The notes beneath the pieces are model-generated. The model searched no databases. It had not been told where the DNA came from and worked only from the letters and a program-made list of their open reading frames with translations. A stretch of DNA of 25,372 bases from a bacterium. GTDB lineage: Bacteria > Krumholzibacteriota > Krumholzibacteriia > G020349025. The translations under genes were made by a program, and so were the position numbers. Within the stretch, counting starts at the first letter, position 1, and every line of letters begins with the position of its first letter. This document shows, piece by piece, positions 1 through 10,578 of this stretch. The stretch is taken from contig JANLSU010000093.1 in assembly GCA_031362565.1 (NCBI GenBank), forward strand, positions 1-25,372, written 5' to 3'.

Positions 1-2
1 AA

Positions 3-347
3 GGGCCGCCGACGCGCCTGTGGAAGCGAGTCAAACGGCTCTACAACCGGGGCGTGATCGCGAGCGGGATCGTCGTCGGAGTGTTCGTACCCTACTTCGT
101 CCTGCGCGGCCTGCTCGCGGATACCTTGCAGCTCCGCGATCCCACGCGGCGCTATCGGACTTACCGGAGCAACCGCGGCATGTCGGTCGCCCACGATTGG
201 ATCGACTGGCTGGGTGGCTGGCCGTTCGAGGTCGCAAAGCCAGAGGAGATCGTCGATTTCTTCCGCGCCCGCGACTTCGAGCTCGTGAAACTGAAGACCG
301 TGGCCGGCAGCCCCGGGTGCAACGAGTTCGTGTTCGAGCGCCGCTGA
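3..347 (+). CDS. Class I SAM-dependent methyltransferase, C-terminal part (5'-truncated by window edge)
   Basis: Frame is open from base 3 (GPPTRLWKRVKRLYN...) to TGA at 345-347. The tail RGMSVAHDWIDWLGGWPFEVAKPEEIVDFF...GCNEFVF is typical of UbiG-like methyltransferases in polysaccharide loci (recognised by eye). Confidence 0.7.
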   Translation, partial: GPPTRLWKRVKRLYNRGVIASGIVVGVFVPYFVLRGLLADTLQLRDPTRRYRTYRSNRGMSVAHDWIDWLGGWPFEVAKPEEIVDFFRARDFELVKLKTVAGSPGCNEFVFERR

Positions 348-349
348 CC

Positions 350-1621
350 TCAAGCGGAATGGATCTCCTCGACAGTGCGGCCAGGCGATCGGTGCGCGGT
401 CCGCTCGTAGACTTGCCGCATCTGCCCAGCAAATGTCCGCCACGAGAATTCACCCTGAGCATGCCTCCGAACGTTGGCCTGCATTTGCAGGCGGGCCGAG
501 CGATCGAGCAGCAAACGCACGAGAGCGTCTGCGAGCGCGGCGGGATCGTTCGGCTCCACTAGGTCTCCCGTCACGCCGTTTTCGACGTACTCCGGAATTC
601 CCCCGACTCGGGTCGCCACGACGGGTTTCCCAAAGCCGAAGGCCGTGAGAACGACGCCGCTCTGTGTGGCATCGATATTGGGGCAGACGACCAGGGCCGC
701 GCGCTCGAACAACTGCGAGGCCTCGGCGTTGTGTAGGTAGCGCTGCACGACTTGGATCTCGCCGCCATTCGGCAGCTGCGGTGGGGGCGGAGGGGTGTAG
801 CCACGCTCCGGACGGCCGGCCACGATGAAACGTACATTTTTGACCTTTTGCGCCACCAGCGGTGCAGCCCGGTAGAGCACCTCCAATCCCTTGTACAGGG
901 ACAGGCGGCCAAAGAACAGGACGGTTTTTTCCTCTTCGGGCGCGATCTCGTGCTCCCATTCGCCGCACATTCCGTGGACGCCGAGACGCATGGTGTCAAT
1001 GCGATCGCGCGGCACTTGGATGCGGGCAGCGAACGGGGCCGCCCAGCTCTCGTTGTAGAGGACAAACCGCCGCACGAACGGAAAAGTGAGGCGGTTCGCC
1101 ACCCCGCTTCGCCAGTTGCCTTCGCCCGAGTGCGGTTCAGGATCGTGCACGGTGAGAACCATTGGAATTCGGCGCCACTCCCACAGGGCCAATCCCATGC
1201 GCAGCTGCACGTTATCCAGATGGATGACGTCGGGGCGGAGTCCGCAAACGAATCGAGCCGCCTTGTGGCTCGTCCACGCAGTCGCGGGGTGCAGGCTGCG
1301 CCGGCAGTTGTGAACGACAAAGTTGAAGCTGGAAGCGTTCTGCCAGTATCGATGCAGCGGCGCCGGCAAACATTCGCGCAGCACCGGCGCGGCCGGTACG
1401 ATGCCACTGGGCAGCGGCCGCGGCGGCACGTCGAAGAGAGCCGACGACCATGTATCCGGTGCCAGCTCCAGGAGCACGTGCAGTTCGACCTTGCGGCTGA
1501 GCTCGGGGATCATGGCCAGGATCGGTTCGAGCTGGATGGCGCTGCTGTAGAGGAGAACTCGCAACCTCGGCCTTTCGTCATCCGACCCGCGTCGCCTGGC
1601 GCCCATGCGCGTATTCATCAT
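350..1621 (-). CDS. Glycosyltransferase family 4 (GT-B)
   Basis: Motifs VLTVHD, VLFFGRLSLYKGLEVL, DATQSGV, GKPVVATRVGGIPE. Start uncertain: ATG 1621, ATG 1606 or TTG 1564; the first two overlap the asnB 3' end. Confidence 0.9.
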   Translation of the reverse strand: MMNTRMGARRRGSDDERPRLRVLLYSSAIQLEPILAMIPELSRKVELHVLLELAPDTWSSALFDVPPRPLPSGIVPAAPVLRECLPAPLHRYWQNASSFNFVVHNCRRSLHPATAWTSHKAARFVCGLRPDVIHLDNVQLRMGLALWEWRRIPMVLTVHDPEPHSGEGNWRSGVANRLTFPFVRRFVLYNESWAAPFAARIQVPRDRIDTMRLGVHGMCGEWEHEIAPEEEKTVLFFGRLSLYKGLEVLYRAAPLVAQKVKNVRFIVAGRPERGYTPPPPPQLPNGGEIQVVQRYLHNAEASQLFERAALVVCPNIDATQSGVVLTAFGFGKPVVATRVGGIPEYVENGVTGDLVEPNDPAALADALVRLLLDRSARLQMQANVRRHAQGEFSWRTFAGQMRQVYERTAHRSPGRTVEEIHSA

Positions 1622-3488
1622 GCCACAGTTGGAACATGAACAGCGTCCAGAGCTGCTTGCGGTTGTCGCGCTTGCCGGAGAAGTGATCGGTCAGTAGGCG
1701 TGACACTTCCGGCCATTGAAACAGGCCTTGGCTGCGGATGCGGGATTCGGAGAGCGTGTCACAGGCCAGCTCGCGCAGTTCACTCTTGAACCATTTGGCC
1801 ACCGGGATGCCGAAGCCCTTCTTGCCGCGGGCGGCGATGCCGGGCGGCAACTTGTCCTGCATGGCGCGCTTCAACAGGTACTTCGTGGTCATGCCGTGCA
1901 GCTTCAACTGCGACGGCACCGTCCCCAACCACTCGACCAGCGTGTAGTCGAGAAGCGGCGCCCGAACCTCCAACGAGGTCGCCATGCTGGCGCGATCCGC
2001 CTTCACCAGGATGTCGTCCGGCAGGTACGAGCGGCAATATTGATAGATCAGCTGCTCGACCGCGTCGCCGGGCGGCGCTTCGCGGCTGGCGCGGGCCAGA
2101 TCGTCATAAGGGTCGGTACCGGCGCCGCCGTTCAAGAGCGCGTTCTGTTCAGTCGGCGAGAAGGCCCCGAGCCACACCTGATTGCGCACGGCGCGCGCGT
2201 ACGGCGCGCCACGCAGGAACTGTTTCACCTTGAAGTCGAAACTGAAGTTGTCCGTCGACACCGGCAAGCGTCCGACGAGCGGCATGACCACCCGGTCATG
2301 AATGGCGCGCGGCATCTTGTAGTACGTAGCGGCGCGATCGGCCTGGAATGTCGGGTAACCGGCCAACAGCTCGTCGCCACCGTCGCCGCCCAGCGCCACG
2401 GTGACGTGGCGGCGCGTGAACTTGGAGAGCAAATAGGTCGGGACGATGGACGCATCGGCAAAGGGTTCGTCCAGGAAGCGCGCCACTTCGGGCAGAATGT
2501 CCACCATGGTGTGCGGCGCCAGAACCTCTTCGTAATGGTCGGTGCCGAAGAATTGCGCCACCGAGCGGGCGTGCGCCGATTCGTCGAAGGACGGATCCTC
2601 GAAGCCGATCGAAAACGTTTTGATGCTCTTGGCCGGCATGAGGTCAGCCATCATGGCGACGACGCTGCTCGAATCGACGCCACCGGACAAGAAAACACCA
2701 AGCGGCACTTCGCTCACGAGGCGCAACCGTACCGATTCGCGCAAGCGGCTGCGGAACTCTTCCAGCAGTTCCGGTTCCGAGCGTACCGGCCCCGAATGAT
2801 CGAAGCGCATGTCCCAGTAGCGCCGCACCGTCGTCTTGCCGTCCTGCCACGTCAACACGTGCGCCGCCGGCAGCTTGTGAACCCCGGCAAAGATGCTGTG
2901 CGGGGACGGCACGTATTCGTAGGCGAGGTATTTGGCGACCGCGGCGCGATCGAGAGTGCGCGGGCAATCCGGGTGTTCGAGCAGCGCCTTGAGTTCAGAG
3001 CCGAAAATGAGCCCGCGCGGCGTCTCGGCCCAATAGAGCGGCTTCTTCCCCATCCGGTCGCGCGCCACGAACAGGCTCTGGCGCTTGCTGTCCCAGATCG
3101 CAAACGCGAACATGCCGTTCAGCCGCTGCACGCATTCCGCGCCCATCTCTTCATACAGATGGACGATCGTCTCGGTGTCGGAGTGGGTGCGAAAACGATG
3201 CCCCTTGGCTTCGAGTTCGCGCCGCAGTTCCTGAAAATTGTAGACCTCGCCGTTGAAGACGATCCAGACGCTCTCGTCTTCGTTGCAGAGCGGCTGATGG
3301 CCGCCGGCAACGTCGATCATCGCCTGGCGGCGAACCCCGCGCCCGGCCGCGGGGCCCTCGCCTGCCGGCGTGTCGATGTAGAACCCATCGTCGTCGGGGC
3401 CGCGGTGGCGAATGGCGGCGGCCATGCGCGACAGGACCTCGCGGTCCACGGGCCGGTCACGATTGATCATGCCGACGATTCCGCACAT
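1578..3488 (-). CDS. asnB: Asparagine synthase (glutamine-hydrolysing)-family amidotransferase, polysaccharide-associated
   Basis: N-terminal MCGIVG (Ntn catalytic Cys) at ATG 3488, HRGPD, FNGEVYNF, RDRMGKKPLY, LSGGVDSS, GDGGDEL, SLEVRAPLLD, KKGFGIP. Confidence 0.93.
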   Translation of the reverse strand: MCGIVGMINRDRPVDREVLSRMAAAIRHRGPDDDGFYIDTPAGEGPAAGRGVRRQAMIDVAGGHQPLCNEDESVWIVFNGEVYNFQELRRELEAKGHRFRTHSDTETIVHLYEEMGAECVQRLNGMFAFAIWDSKRQSLFVARDRMGKKPLYWAETPRGLIFGSELKALLEHPDCPRTLDRAAVAKYLAYEYVPSPHSIFAGVHKLPAAHVLTWQDGKTTVRRYWDMRFDHSGPVRSEPELLEEFRSRLRESVRLRLVSEVPLGVFLSGGVDSSSVVAMMADLMPAKSIKTFSIGFEDPSFDESAHARSVAQFFGTDHYEEVLAPHTMVDILPEVARFLDEPFADASIVPTYLLSKFTRRHVTVALGGDGGDELLAGYPTFQADRAATYYKMPRAIHDRVVMPLVGRLPVSTDNFSFDFKVKQFLRGAPYARAVRNQVWLGAFSPTEQNALLNGGAGTDPYDDLARASREAPPGDAVEQLIYQYCRSYLPDDILVKADRASMATSLEVRAPLLDYTLVEWLGTVPSQLKLHGMTTKYLLKRAMQDKLPPGIAARGKKGFGIPVAKWFKSELRELACDTLSESRIRSQGLFQWPEVSRLLTDHFSGKRDNRKQLWTLFMFQLWHDEYAHGRQATRVG

Positions 3489-3489
3489 C

Positions 3490-4506
3490 TCAGTCGGACT
3501 CGTCGAGGTTGCGGGTCTCGCCGATCCAATAGATCGGCTTCGACTGCGACTCGTGGTAGGTGCGGATGATGATCTCCGCCAAGAGACCCATGAAGATGAA
3601 GGTGACACCGAGCGTGAACAAGAACGTTGCGATGAGGATGAATGGATTGTTGTGCACGTAGGTGCCGAGCGCGACCTTTTCCCAAACGGTTTCGACGCCC
3701 GCCAGCACCGCCGCCGTGCAGAGCGTGAGGCCGATGCCGCCGAAGAGATAGATGGGTTTGGTCGAGTAGTCGCTCAAGAACTTCACGGTCAAGAGATCCA
3801 ATACGACCTTCAACGTGCGCTTGATGCCGTACTTGCTCTTCCCAAAGCGGCGTGGGTGGTGCCGGAGCGGCACCTCGCAAATCCGCGCCCCCATGAGGTT
3901 TGCGAGCGCCGGGATGAAGCGGTGCATCTCGCCGTAGAGGCGCGTGCCGCGCACGATCTCGGTCCGGTAGGCTTTGAGCGAGCAACCGTAGTCGTGCAAC
4001 CGCACGCCGGTCACGCGGCCGATGATCCAATTGGCGATGCGGCTCGGGAACTTACGCATCAGTGTTTTGTCCTGGCGGTTCTTGCGCCAACCGCTGACGA
4101 CGTCGTAACCCTCTTCGATCTTGGCAAGCAAGAGCGGAATGTCGCCGGGATCGTTCTGCAGGTCGCCATCCATGGGGATCACGACGCCGCCACGCGCGTG
4201 GTCGAACCCCGCCGCCATGGCGGCCGTTTGGCCGAAATTACGTCGAAACCGGATCACCTTGACGCGCGGATCCTGCGCGGCGATCTGGCGCAGCGCTTCG
4301 AGCGTGCCGTCGGTGCTGCCGTCATCGACCAGCAGAATCTCATAACTGCGCTGCATCGCGTCCAATGCGTCGCGCAGCGCGGCGTACAGGTGGGGCAGGC
4401 TCTCGACTTCATTGTAGAGCGGGATGACGACCGACAGGTCGAGGCGCGCCACAAAACGGCCCGGGGTCGTGGTGAGGCTGGGGGCCGGGCGCTGAATCGA
4501 GGTCAT
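3490..4506 (-). CDS. Glycosyltransferase family 2, DPM1/ArnC-like polyprenol-phosphate glycosyltransferase with two C-terminal TM helices
   Basis: SVVIPLYNE, VDDGSTDGT, RNFGQTAA, MDGDLQNDP, YDVVSGWR, GEMHRFIP and two hydrophobic C-terminal segments. ATG 4506 follows an AGGTGG SD-like sequence (alternative GTG 4515). Confidence 0.92.
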   Translation of the reverse strand: MTSIQRPAPSLTTTPGRFVARLDLSVVIPLYNEVESLPHLYAALRDALDAMQRSYEILLVDDGSTDGTLEALRQIAAQDPRVKVIRFRRNFGQTAAMAAGFDHARGGVVIPMDGDLQNDPGDIPLLLAKIEEGYDVVSGWRKNRQDKTLMRKFPSRIANWIIGRVTGVRLHDYGCSLKAYRTEIVRGTRLYGEMHRFIPALANLMGARICEVPLRHHPRRFGKSKYGIKRTLKVVLDLLTVKFLSDYSTKPIYLFGGIGLTLCTAAVLAGVETVWEKVALGTYVHNNPFILIATFLFTLGVTFIFMGLLAEIIIRTYHESQSKPIYWIGETRNLDESD

Positions 4507-4548
4507 GGGTGCCACCTGAGGAAGACCGCATGGAGGGTGCTGCTTCTC

Positions 4549-4557
4549 AGGATACCA
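4549..4557 (-). promoter_or_regulatory. Candidate extended -10 element (TGGTATCCT) upstream of GT2-asnB-GT4
   Basis: TGnTAnnnT match about 43 nt upstream of the GT2 start in a 100-bp intergenic gap. Confidence 0.35.
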
Positions 4558-4605
4558 CTCGGCGCCACGGTGCCGCCAGACCCGTGTTGCGCTCTGGGCC
4601 GCGGC

Positions 4606-6549
4606 TTAGCCCTTGCTGCCCGACGCAACCGAAGTCATAGGCACAACTTGCGACTTCGGAGCGGGGCGCGGCGCGTGCGCCGCCGTCTGCTCCTCGGCCT
4701 GCTCGAGGCCCGAGACGAGCGCCATGAAACGCAGCGCCAGGTCCTTCTCGTCGGCGGCGCTCCGCGTCAGCAGGTGGAGCTGGCGCAAGAAGCTGTCGAT
4801 GTCGAGGCGGCGGCCGTTCTCGAGTTCGGCGACATGAATCTGCCGGCTCCGGGTCGGAATGTTCTTTTCGTGGTCGAAGAACAGTTTCTCGGTCAGCTTT
4901 TCGCCCGGCCGCATGCCGGTGAACGACACCTGGATGTCTTCCATGAAGCGCAGGCCCGACAGTTCCACCAGTGAACGTGCCAGGTCGACGATCTTGACCG
5001 GGCGGCCCATTTCGAGCACGAAGACCTCGCCGCCCTCGCCGATCGTCATCGCCTGCAGAATGAGGCGCGCCGCTTCCGGAATCGTCATGAAGAAGCGCTC
5101 CATCTCCGGATGCGTGATCGTAATCGGTCCGCCGGCTGCGATCTGCCTCTTGAAGAGCGGCACCACACTGCCATCCGAATCGAGCACGTTGCCGAAGCGC
5201 ACCGCCATGAATTTCGTTTCGCTGGTCTCCTGCAGTTCGCGGACGACCAGCTCCGCGCAACGCTTGGAAGCACCCATGACGCTGCTCGGCTCGACCGCCT
5301 TGTCCGTCGAAACGAGGACAAAGCGCCCCACCCGGTACTGGCGCGCCAGCGATGCCACGACATGCGTCCCGAGTACGTTGTTACGAATGGCTTCCTGTGG
5401 ATTGCGCTGCATCATCGGCACATGTTTGTAGGCGGCCGCGTGGAAAATGTGCGACGGCCGGTACGTCTTGAGCACGAACTCCATGCGGTCGCGATCGCAG
5501 ATGTCGGCGACAACCGGCACGAGCTGCGTGACACGGCTCTGCAGGCGCTGCTGGAGCTCGATCTCCAAGAAGAACAGCCGGCTCTCCGACTGCTCGACCA
5601 GGATGAGCTGGCTCGGTTGCTGGCGCAGGATCTGATGGCAGAGTTCGGAGCCGATGGAACCGGCGGCGCCCGTCACCAGCACGGTCTCGCCCGCCAACTG
5701 TTCCCGGACTTCCGTTTCGTCGAGTTCCACGCAGTCGCGTGGCAGCAGGTCTTCCACCCGCACGTCGCGAATCTGATGCACGTAGCTGCCGTGCTTCAAC
5801 AGTTCGACCAGGCCGGGCATGATGCGCACGTGGGCGCCGGCCCGCCGGCAATGGCCGAGAATCTCGCGCCGCGCTTCGGCCTCGAGCGACGGAATCGCGA
5901 GGACGATCTCGCGCTGCTCCGGGCCCAGCAAACGCGCCAGGTCGTGCCGTCCACCGAGCACCGGCACGCCATGAATCTCCATGCCCCACTTGGCAGCGTC
6001 GTCATCGATGAAGCCGCGCAATTCGTACCCCAGCTCCGGGGACTCGACGACTTCGCGCGCCACGGCGCTGCCGGCGCGTCCCGCGCCGTAGACGACGAGC
6101 GGCCGGCGAATCGGCGTATCGCCACTCGGGCGGCGCGCGTGGCCGAGCGCCGTCTCGCGCCAAATGCGTTGCTTGAAGAGGCCGACGGCGAGCGCCATGC
6201 TACCGAGCACGAAATAGCGCACCATCGCGCCCCACGCGAGTCCGATCGAGGACGGCGCCAGCGTGTTCGCCACCACCAGGATGGCGAACGCCACGGACAG
6301 GCCCTTCCCCATCCCGATCAGATCGCGCACCGTGACGTACTCATTCATGGTCCGGTGCGAGCGCACCCAGACGAGTCCACCCATGGTGATCGCGACAATG
6401 ACCGCGAAGACGAAGGGCAACCGGCCTTCCACCGCGGCCGGAATGTGGCCGCTGTAGTGCAAGAGCGTCGCCGCAACGAGGCTGCCGGTAATCAGCAGCA
6501 CATCGAGTCCGACACGGCGGGCGGTGGACCAGAACCGTTGGCTCTTCAC
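4606..6549 (-). CDS. Membrane-bound nucleoside-diphosphate sugar 4,6-dehydratase (CapD/WbpM/PglF family)
   Basis: About four N-terminal TM segments, VYGAGRAG CoA-binding-like domain, VTGAAGSIGSEL, HAAAYKHVP, STDKAV, MGASKR, VRFGNVL, GMRPGEKL. GTG 6549 follows AAGGAG. Confidence 0.92.
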   Translation of the reverse strand: MKSQRFWSTARRVGLDVLLITGSLVAATLLHYSGHIPAAVEGRLPFVFAVIVAITMGGLVWVRSHRTMNEYVTVRDLIGMGKGLSVAFAILVVANTLAPSSIGLAWGAMVRYFVLGSMALAVGLFKQRIWRETALGHARRPSGDTPIRRPLVVYGAGRAGSAVAREVVESPELGYELRGFIDDDAAKWGMEIHGVPVLGGRHDLARLLGPEQREIVLAIPSLEAEARREILGHCRRAGAHVRIMPGLVELLKHGSYVHQIRDVRVEDLLPRDCVELDETEVREQLAGETVLVTGAAGSIGSELCHQILRQQPSQLILVEQSESRLFFLEIELQQRLQSRVTQLVPVVADICDRDRMEFVLKTYRPSHIFHAAAYKHVPMMQRNPQEAIRNNVLGTHVVASLARQYRVGRFVLVSTDKAVEPSSVMGASKRCAELVVRELQETSETKFMAVRFGNVLDSDGSVVPLFKRQIAAGGPITITHPEMERFFMTIPEAARLILQAMTIGEGGEVFVLEMGRPVKIVDLARSLVELSGLRFMEDIQVSFTGMRPGEKLTEKLFFDHEKNIPTRSRQIHVAELENGRRLDIDSFLRQLHLLTRSAADEKDLALRFMALVSGLEQAEEQTAAHAPRPAPKSQVVPMTSVASGSKG

Positions 6550-6577
6550 GGATGGCACTCCTTGGTGCGGGCGCGCC

Positions 6578-7738
6578 TCAGGCGCCTGTCGTGACCTTGC
6601 TGCGCTGGCAAGACGCAATGATGCCCGCGACGCGTTCGATGTCGGCCGTCGTCAACCCAACCCAAAGCGGCGGGTTCAACACTTCGGTCGCGAGCTGTTC
6701 GGTGACCGGCAACGGACCGGTCTGGTTGCGCCACGGCTTGTAAGCGGTCTGCAAGTGCACCGGCGGTGCGAAGTACGTCCGGGTCTCGACGCCGGCTTGC
6801 GTCAGCATGGCGCGCACTTCATCGCGCGTCGCGCCGAATTCCTTGGTGATGATGCGCAGGCTCAGGTCCTTCTGGGACGAGGTGTTGCCCGACAGCACTT
6901 CCTGGAAGTGCACGCCGCGCACGCCCTTGAGCTTGTCGCGATACAGCTTCACGAGGCGCTGGCGCTCTTTGACATTGGCGTCGAGCATCTTGAAAGACTC
7001 GACCCCGACCAGCGCGTGCAGCTCGCTCATGCGCGCATTCAAGCCGATGAACTGGCAGTCGTAGTTGCCGGGATTGGCGTAGTTGCGGCCGATGCGCACC
7101 TTGCGGCCGATCTCCGGCTCACGCAGGCTGACGATGCCGCCTTCGCACGTCGTGATCGTCTTGGTGGGCGACAGGCTGAACACTTCGGCATCGCCGAACG
7201 TGCCGGCCGGGCGGCCCTGATAGGTGGTGCCCATGGCATGCGCGGCGTCGAGGATCAAACGCACGCCGTGCTTGCGGGCGATCGTCTCGAGAGCGTCGAG
7301 CGCCGGCGGGTTGCCGCTGACATACACGGCGAGAATGGCACCGGTGCGCGGCGTGATCTTGCGCTGCAGGTCCTCGATGTCGATGTTGTGCGTGGCGGCG
7401 TCGCACTCGACCCACACGGGAGTGCAACCGGCCCAGACGACGGCATGCGCCGAAGCTGTAAAGGTGAAGCTGGGGAGCAGGACTTCGCCCTGCACATCCA
7501 GGGTCCGCAGGGCCAGCATGAGGCCCGACGTGCAGCTACTGACGGCGACGACTTCGCGGCCCGGCATCTTGGCAGCGACGAGCGACTCGAACTCGGCGAC
7601 GGTCTTGCCGTTCGTGAGGTCACCCGATTCCCAAATGGCGCGCATCCGCGGCAACAATGCGTCGAAGCTCGGCAGCGTCGGCGACGCAATCGGCAGGCGC
7701 TCTGTGGATCCTTGTGACTTCGCTTTCGAGTTCGACAC
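6578..7738 (-). CDS. DegT/DnrJ/EryC1/StrS PLP-dependent sugar aminotransferase
   Basis: SSCTSGL, PSFTFTAS, DAAHAMG, FSLSPTKTITTCEGG (PLP lysine), GLNARMSE. GGAGG RBS before GTG 7738. Confidence 0.93.
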   Translation of the reverse strand: MSNSKAKSQGSTERLPIASPTLPSFDALLPRMRAIWESGDLTNGKTVAEFESLVAAKMPGREVVAVSSCTSGLMLALRTLDVQGEVLLPSFTFTASAHAVVWAGCTPVWVECDAATHNIDIEDLQRKITPRTGAILAVYVSGNPPALDALETIARKHGVRLILDAAHAMGTTYQGRPAGTFGDAEVFSLSPTKTITTCEGGIVSLREPEIGRKVRIGRNYANPGNYDCQFIGLNARMSELHALVGVESFKMLDANVKERQRLVKLYRDKLKGVRGVHFQEVLSGNTSSQKDLSLRIITKEFGATRDEVRAMLTQAGVETRTYFAPPVHLQTAYKPWRNQTGPLPVTEQLATEVLNPPLWVGLTTADIERVAGIIASCQRSKVTTGA

Positions 7739-7791
7739 GTCCCGACCTCCAGGTGTTCCGTGCGTGCGTTCCCCGTCCGGAGACGGCGCAA

Positions 7792-7807
7792 CGCAACTCG
7801 CATGCCC
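7792..7807 (-). promoter_or_regulatory. Putative sigma54 (-24/-12) promoter for the degT-capD-GT2-asnB-GT4 genes
   Basis: Minus strand GGGCATGCGAGTTGCG: GG-N10-GC with GGCATG and TTGC, about 55 nt upstream of the degT start. Confidence 0.6.
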
Positions 7808-8031
7808 GGGGTCGAGTGGTTAACGGACAGACACGCAAGGGATTGGGTGGAAACGTGGCGAGTCGTATCGCGGCGCGGGGCACGGTGGCGAATCACGCCC
7901 GATGGCCGCTGTACACCACACCGATGATCCGCCGGTGGCGCCGTGTGCCTGGATGTGGGGGTGCAACGGCTGGCGCGCCGACTCTGCGACGAGTGCTTTC
8001 AATTCGCACGGCGCGGGCGGTGCAGGGCGCG

Positions 8032-9468
<1,437 letters not shown>

Positions 9469-9474
9469 GGGTGG

Positions 9475-9480
9475 ATTCTA
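9475..9480 (-). promoter_or_regulatory. -10 box TAGAAT 6 nt before ATG (probable leaderless transcript)
   Basis: Minus strand TAGAAT-CCACCC-ATG with no SD sequence. Confidence 0.5.
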
Positions 9481-9516
9481 GACGGCCGTGGGGCAGGGCC
9501 GCTATCCCTGCGGCCC

Positions 9517-10491
9517 TCAGCGGCCCGAGCCGAAGAGGGTCTTCACGGCGCCCCACGACGTGCCGGTGACCGGGACGTTGATCCAGGTCGTGCCGTCGGT
9601 GCTGCGATACACGGTTTCGCCGCCGCCGACCGCGTAGAAGTAGATGCCGTCGCGATGCACCCCGAACAGGTCGACGCTCGAACGGGTGTCGATTTCGAGC
9701 CAGGTGCCGGGGGCAGCGTTCGTGCCGCTGCGGACAATGGTGCCGGCCAGGCCGACCGCCACGAAGCGATTCGACTCGTCGACCGCCACGTCCAACAGGT
9801 CGGTGGTCATTCCCGAGATCGAGACGTCTTCCCAGGTCGCGCCGAAATTCGTGCTGCGGAACATCCGGCCGCCGAGCCCCACCGCCACGAAGTAGTTCGT
9901 CAGCGAGCCGCCGCTCACGCCGCGCAGGTTCGGAGCGCCAGGGAGCGTTTGCGAGAGCCACGACAGGCCCTGATCGGTGCTCCGGAGCACGCGGCCGTTG
10001 TCGCCGACGGCGATCAGGATGCCCGGTGCCGTGCCGTTGGAAGCCACGGAATAAAGGGCCCTGTTGGTGGGCGATAGGGTCGTGTCCCAGACTGCGGCCG
10101 CCGTCAACTTCCGGAGGGTCGTCCCCGCATCGCCCACGGCGATGAAGTACAAGCTGTGTGGAACGACCTCGCGGAGCGCGGCGGTCGTTCGCGAATTGTC
10201 GTCCGCCCAGTGCAGGCCGCTGTCGGAACTCCGGATGGCGCGCCCGCCGTCGCCAACGGCCACGAACCAGCCGCTCGTGTAGCCGATGCCGCGGAGCGGC
10301 GTCGTGGCGCCTGTAGCGACCACGGTGTACACGAGGCCGTTGGTGCTGCGACCGATGGCGCCGTCGTCGCGCGTCGCGACAAAAATGCTTTGGCCGGTGG
10401 TCGAGTGGGCGATATCGAGCAGGCTGACCGCCAGGGCCGGTCGTGCAACCGCCAGCACCGCGAGCGCCATGAATGCCCAGAACGGTCGCAT
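9517..10491 (-). CDS. Secreted BNR/Asp-box (YCF48-like) beta-propeller protein with C-terminal SWGAVKTLF motif
   Basis: Signal peptide MRPFWAFMALAVLAVARPALA; about 7 repeats of [F/I]xAVGxxG...RSxDxGxxW; GGAGG RBS. Confidence 0.85.
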   Translation of the reverse strand: MRPFWAFMALAVLAVARPALAVSLLDIAHSTTGQSIFVATRDDGAIGRSTNGLVYTVVATGATTPLRGIGYTSGWFVAVGDGGRAIRSSDSGLHWADDNSRTTAALREVVPHSLYFIAVGDAGTTLRKLTAAAVWDTTLSPTNRALYSVASNGTAPGILIAVGDNGRVLRSTDQGLSWLSQTLPGAPNLRGVSGGSLTNYFVAVGLGGRMFRSTNFGATWEDVSISGMTTDLLDVAVDESNRFVAVGLAGTIVRSGTNAAPGTWLEIDTRSSVDLFGVHRDGIYFYAVGGGETVYRSTDGTTWINVPVTGTSWGAVKTLFGSGR

Positions 10492-10578
10492 ACGTCCTCC
10501 AAGTGGCGCACTCGTTCGGCGCCGCTATCCCAGGCTACGAATACTGGAAGATTCGTTCCAGCCACCGAACCCGTCGCC

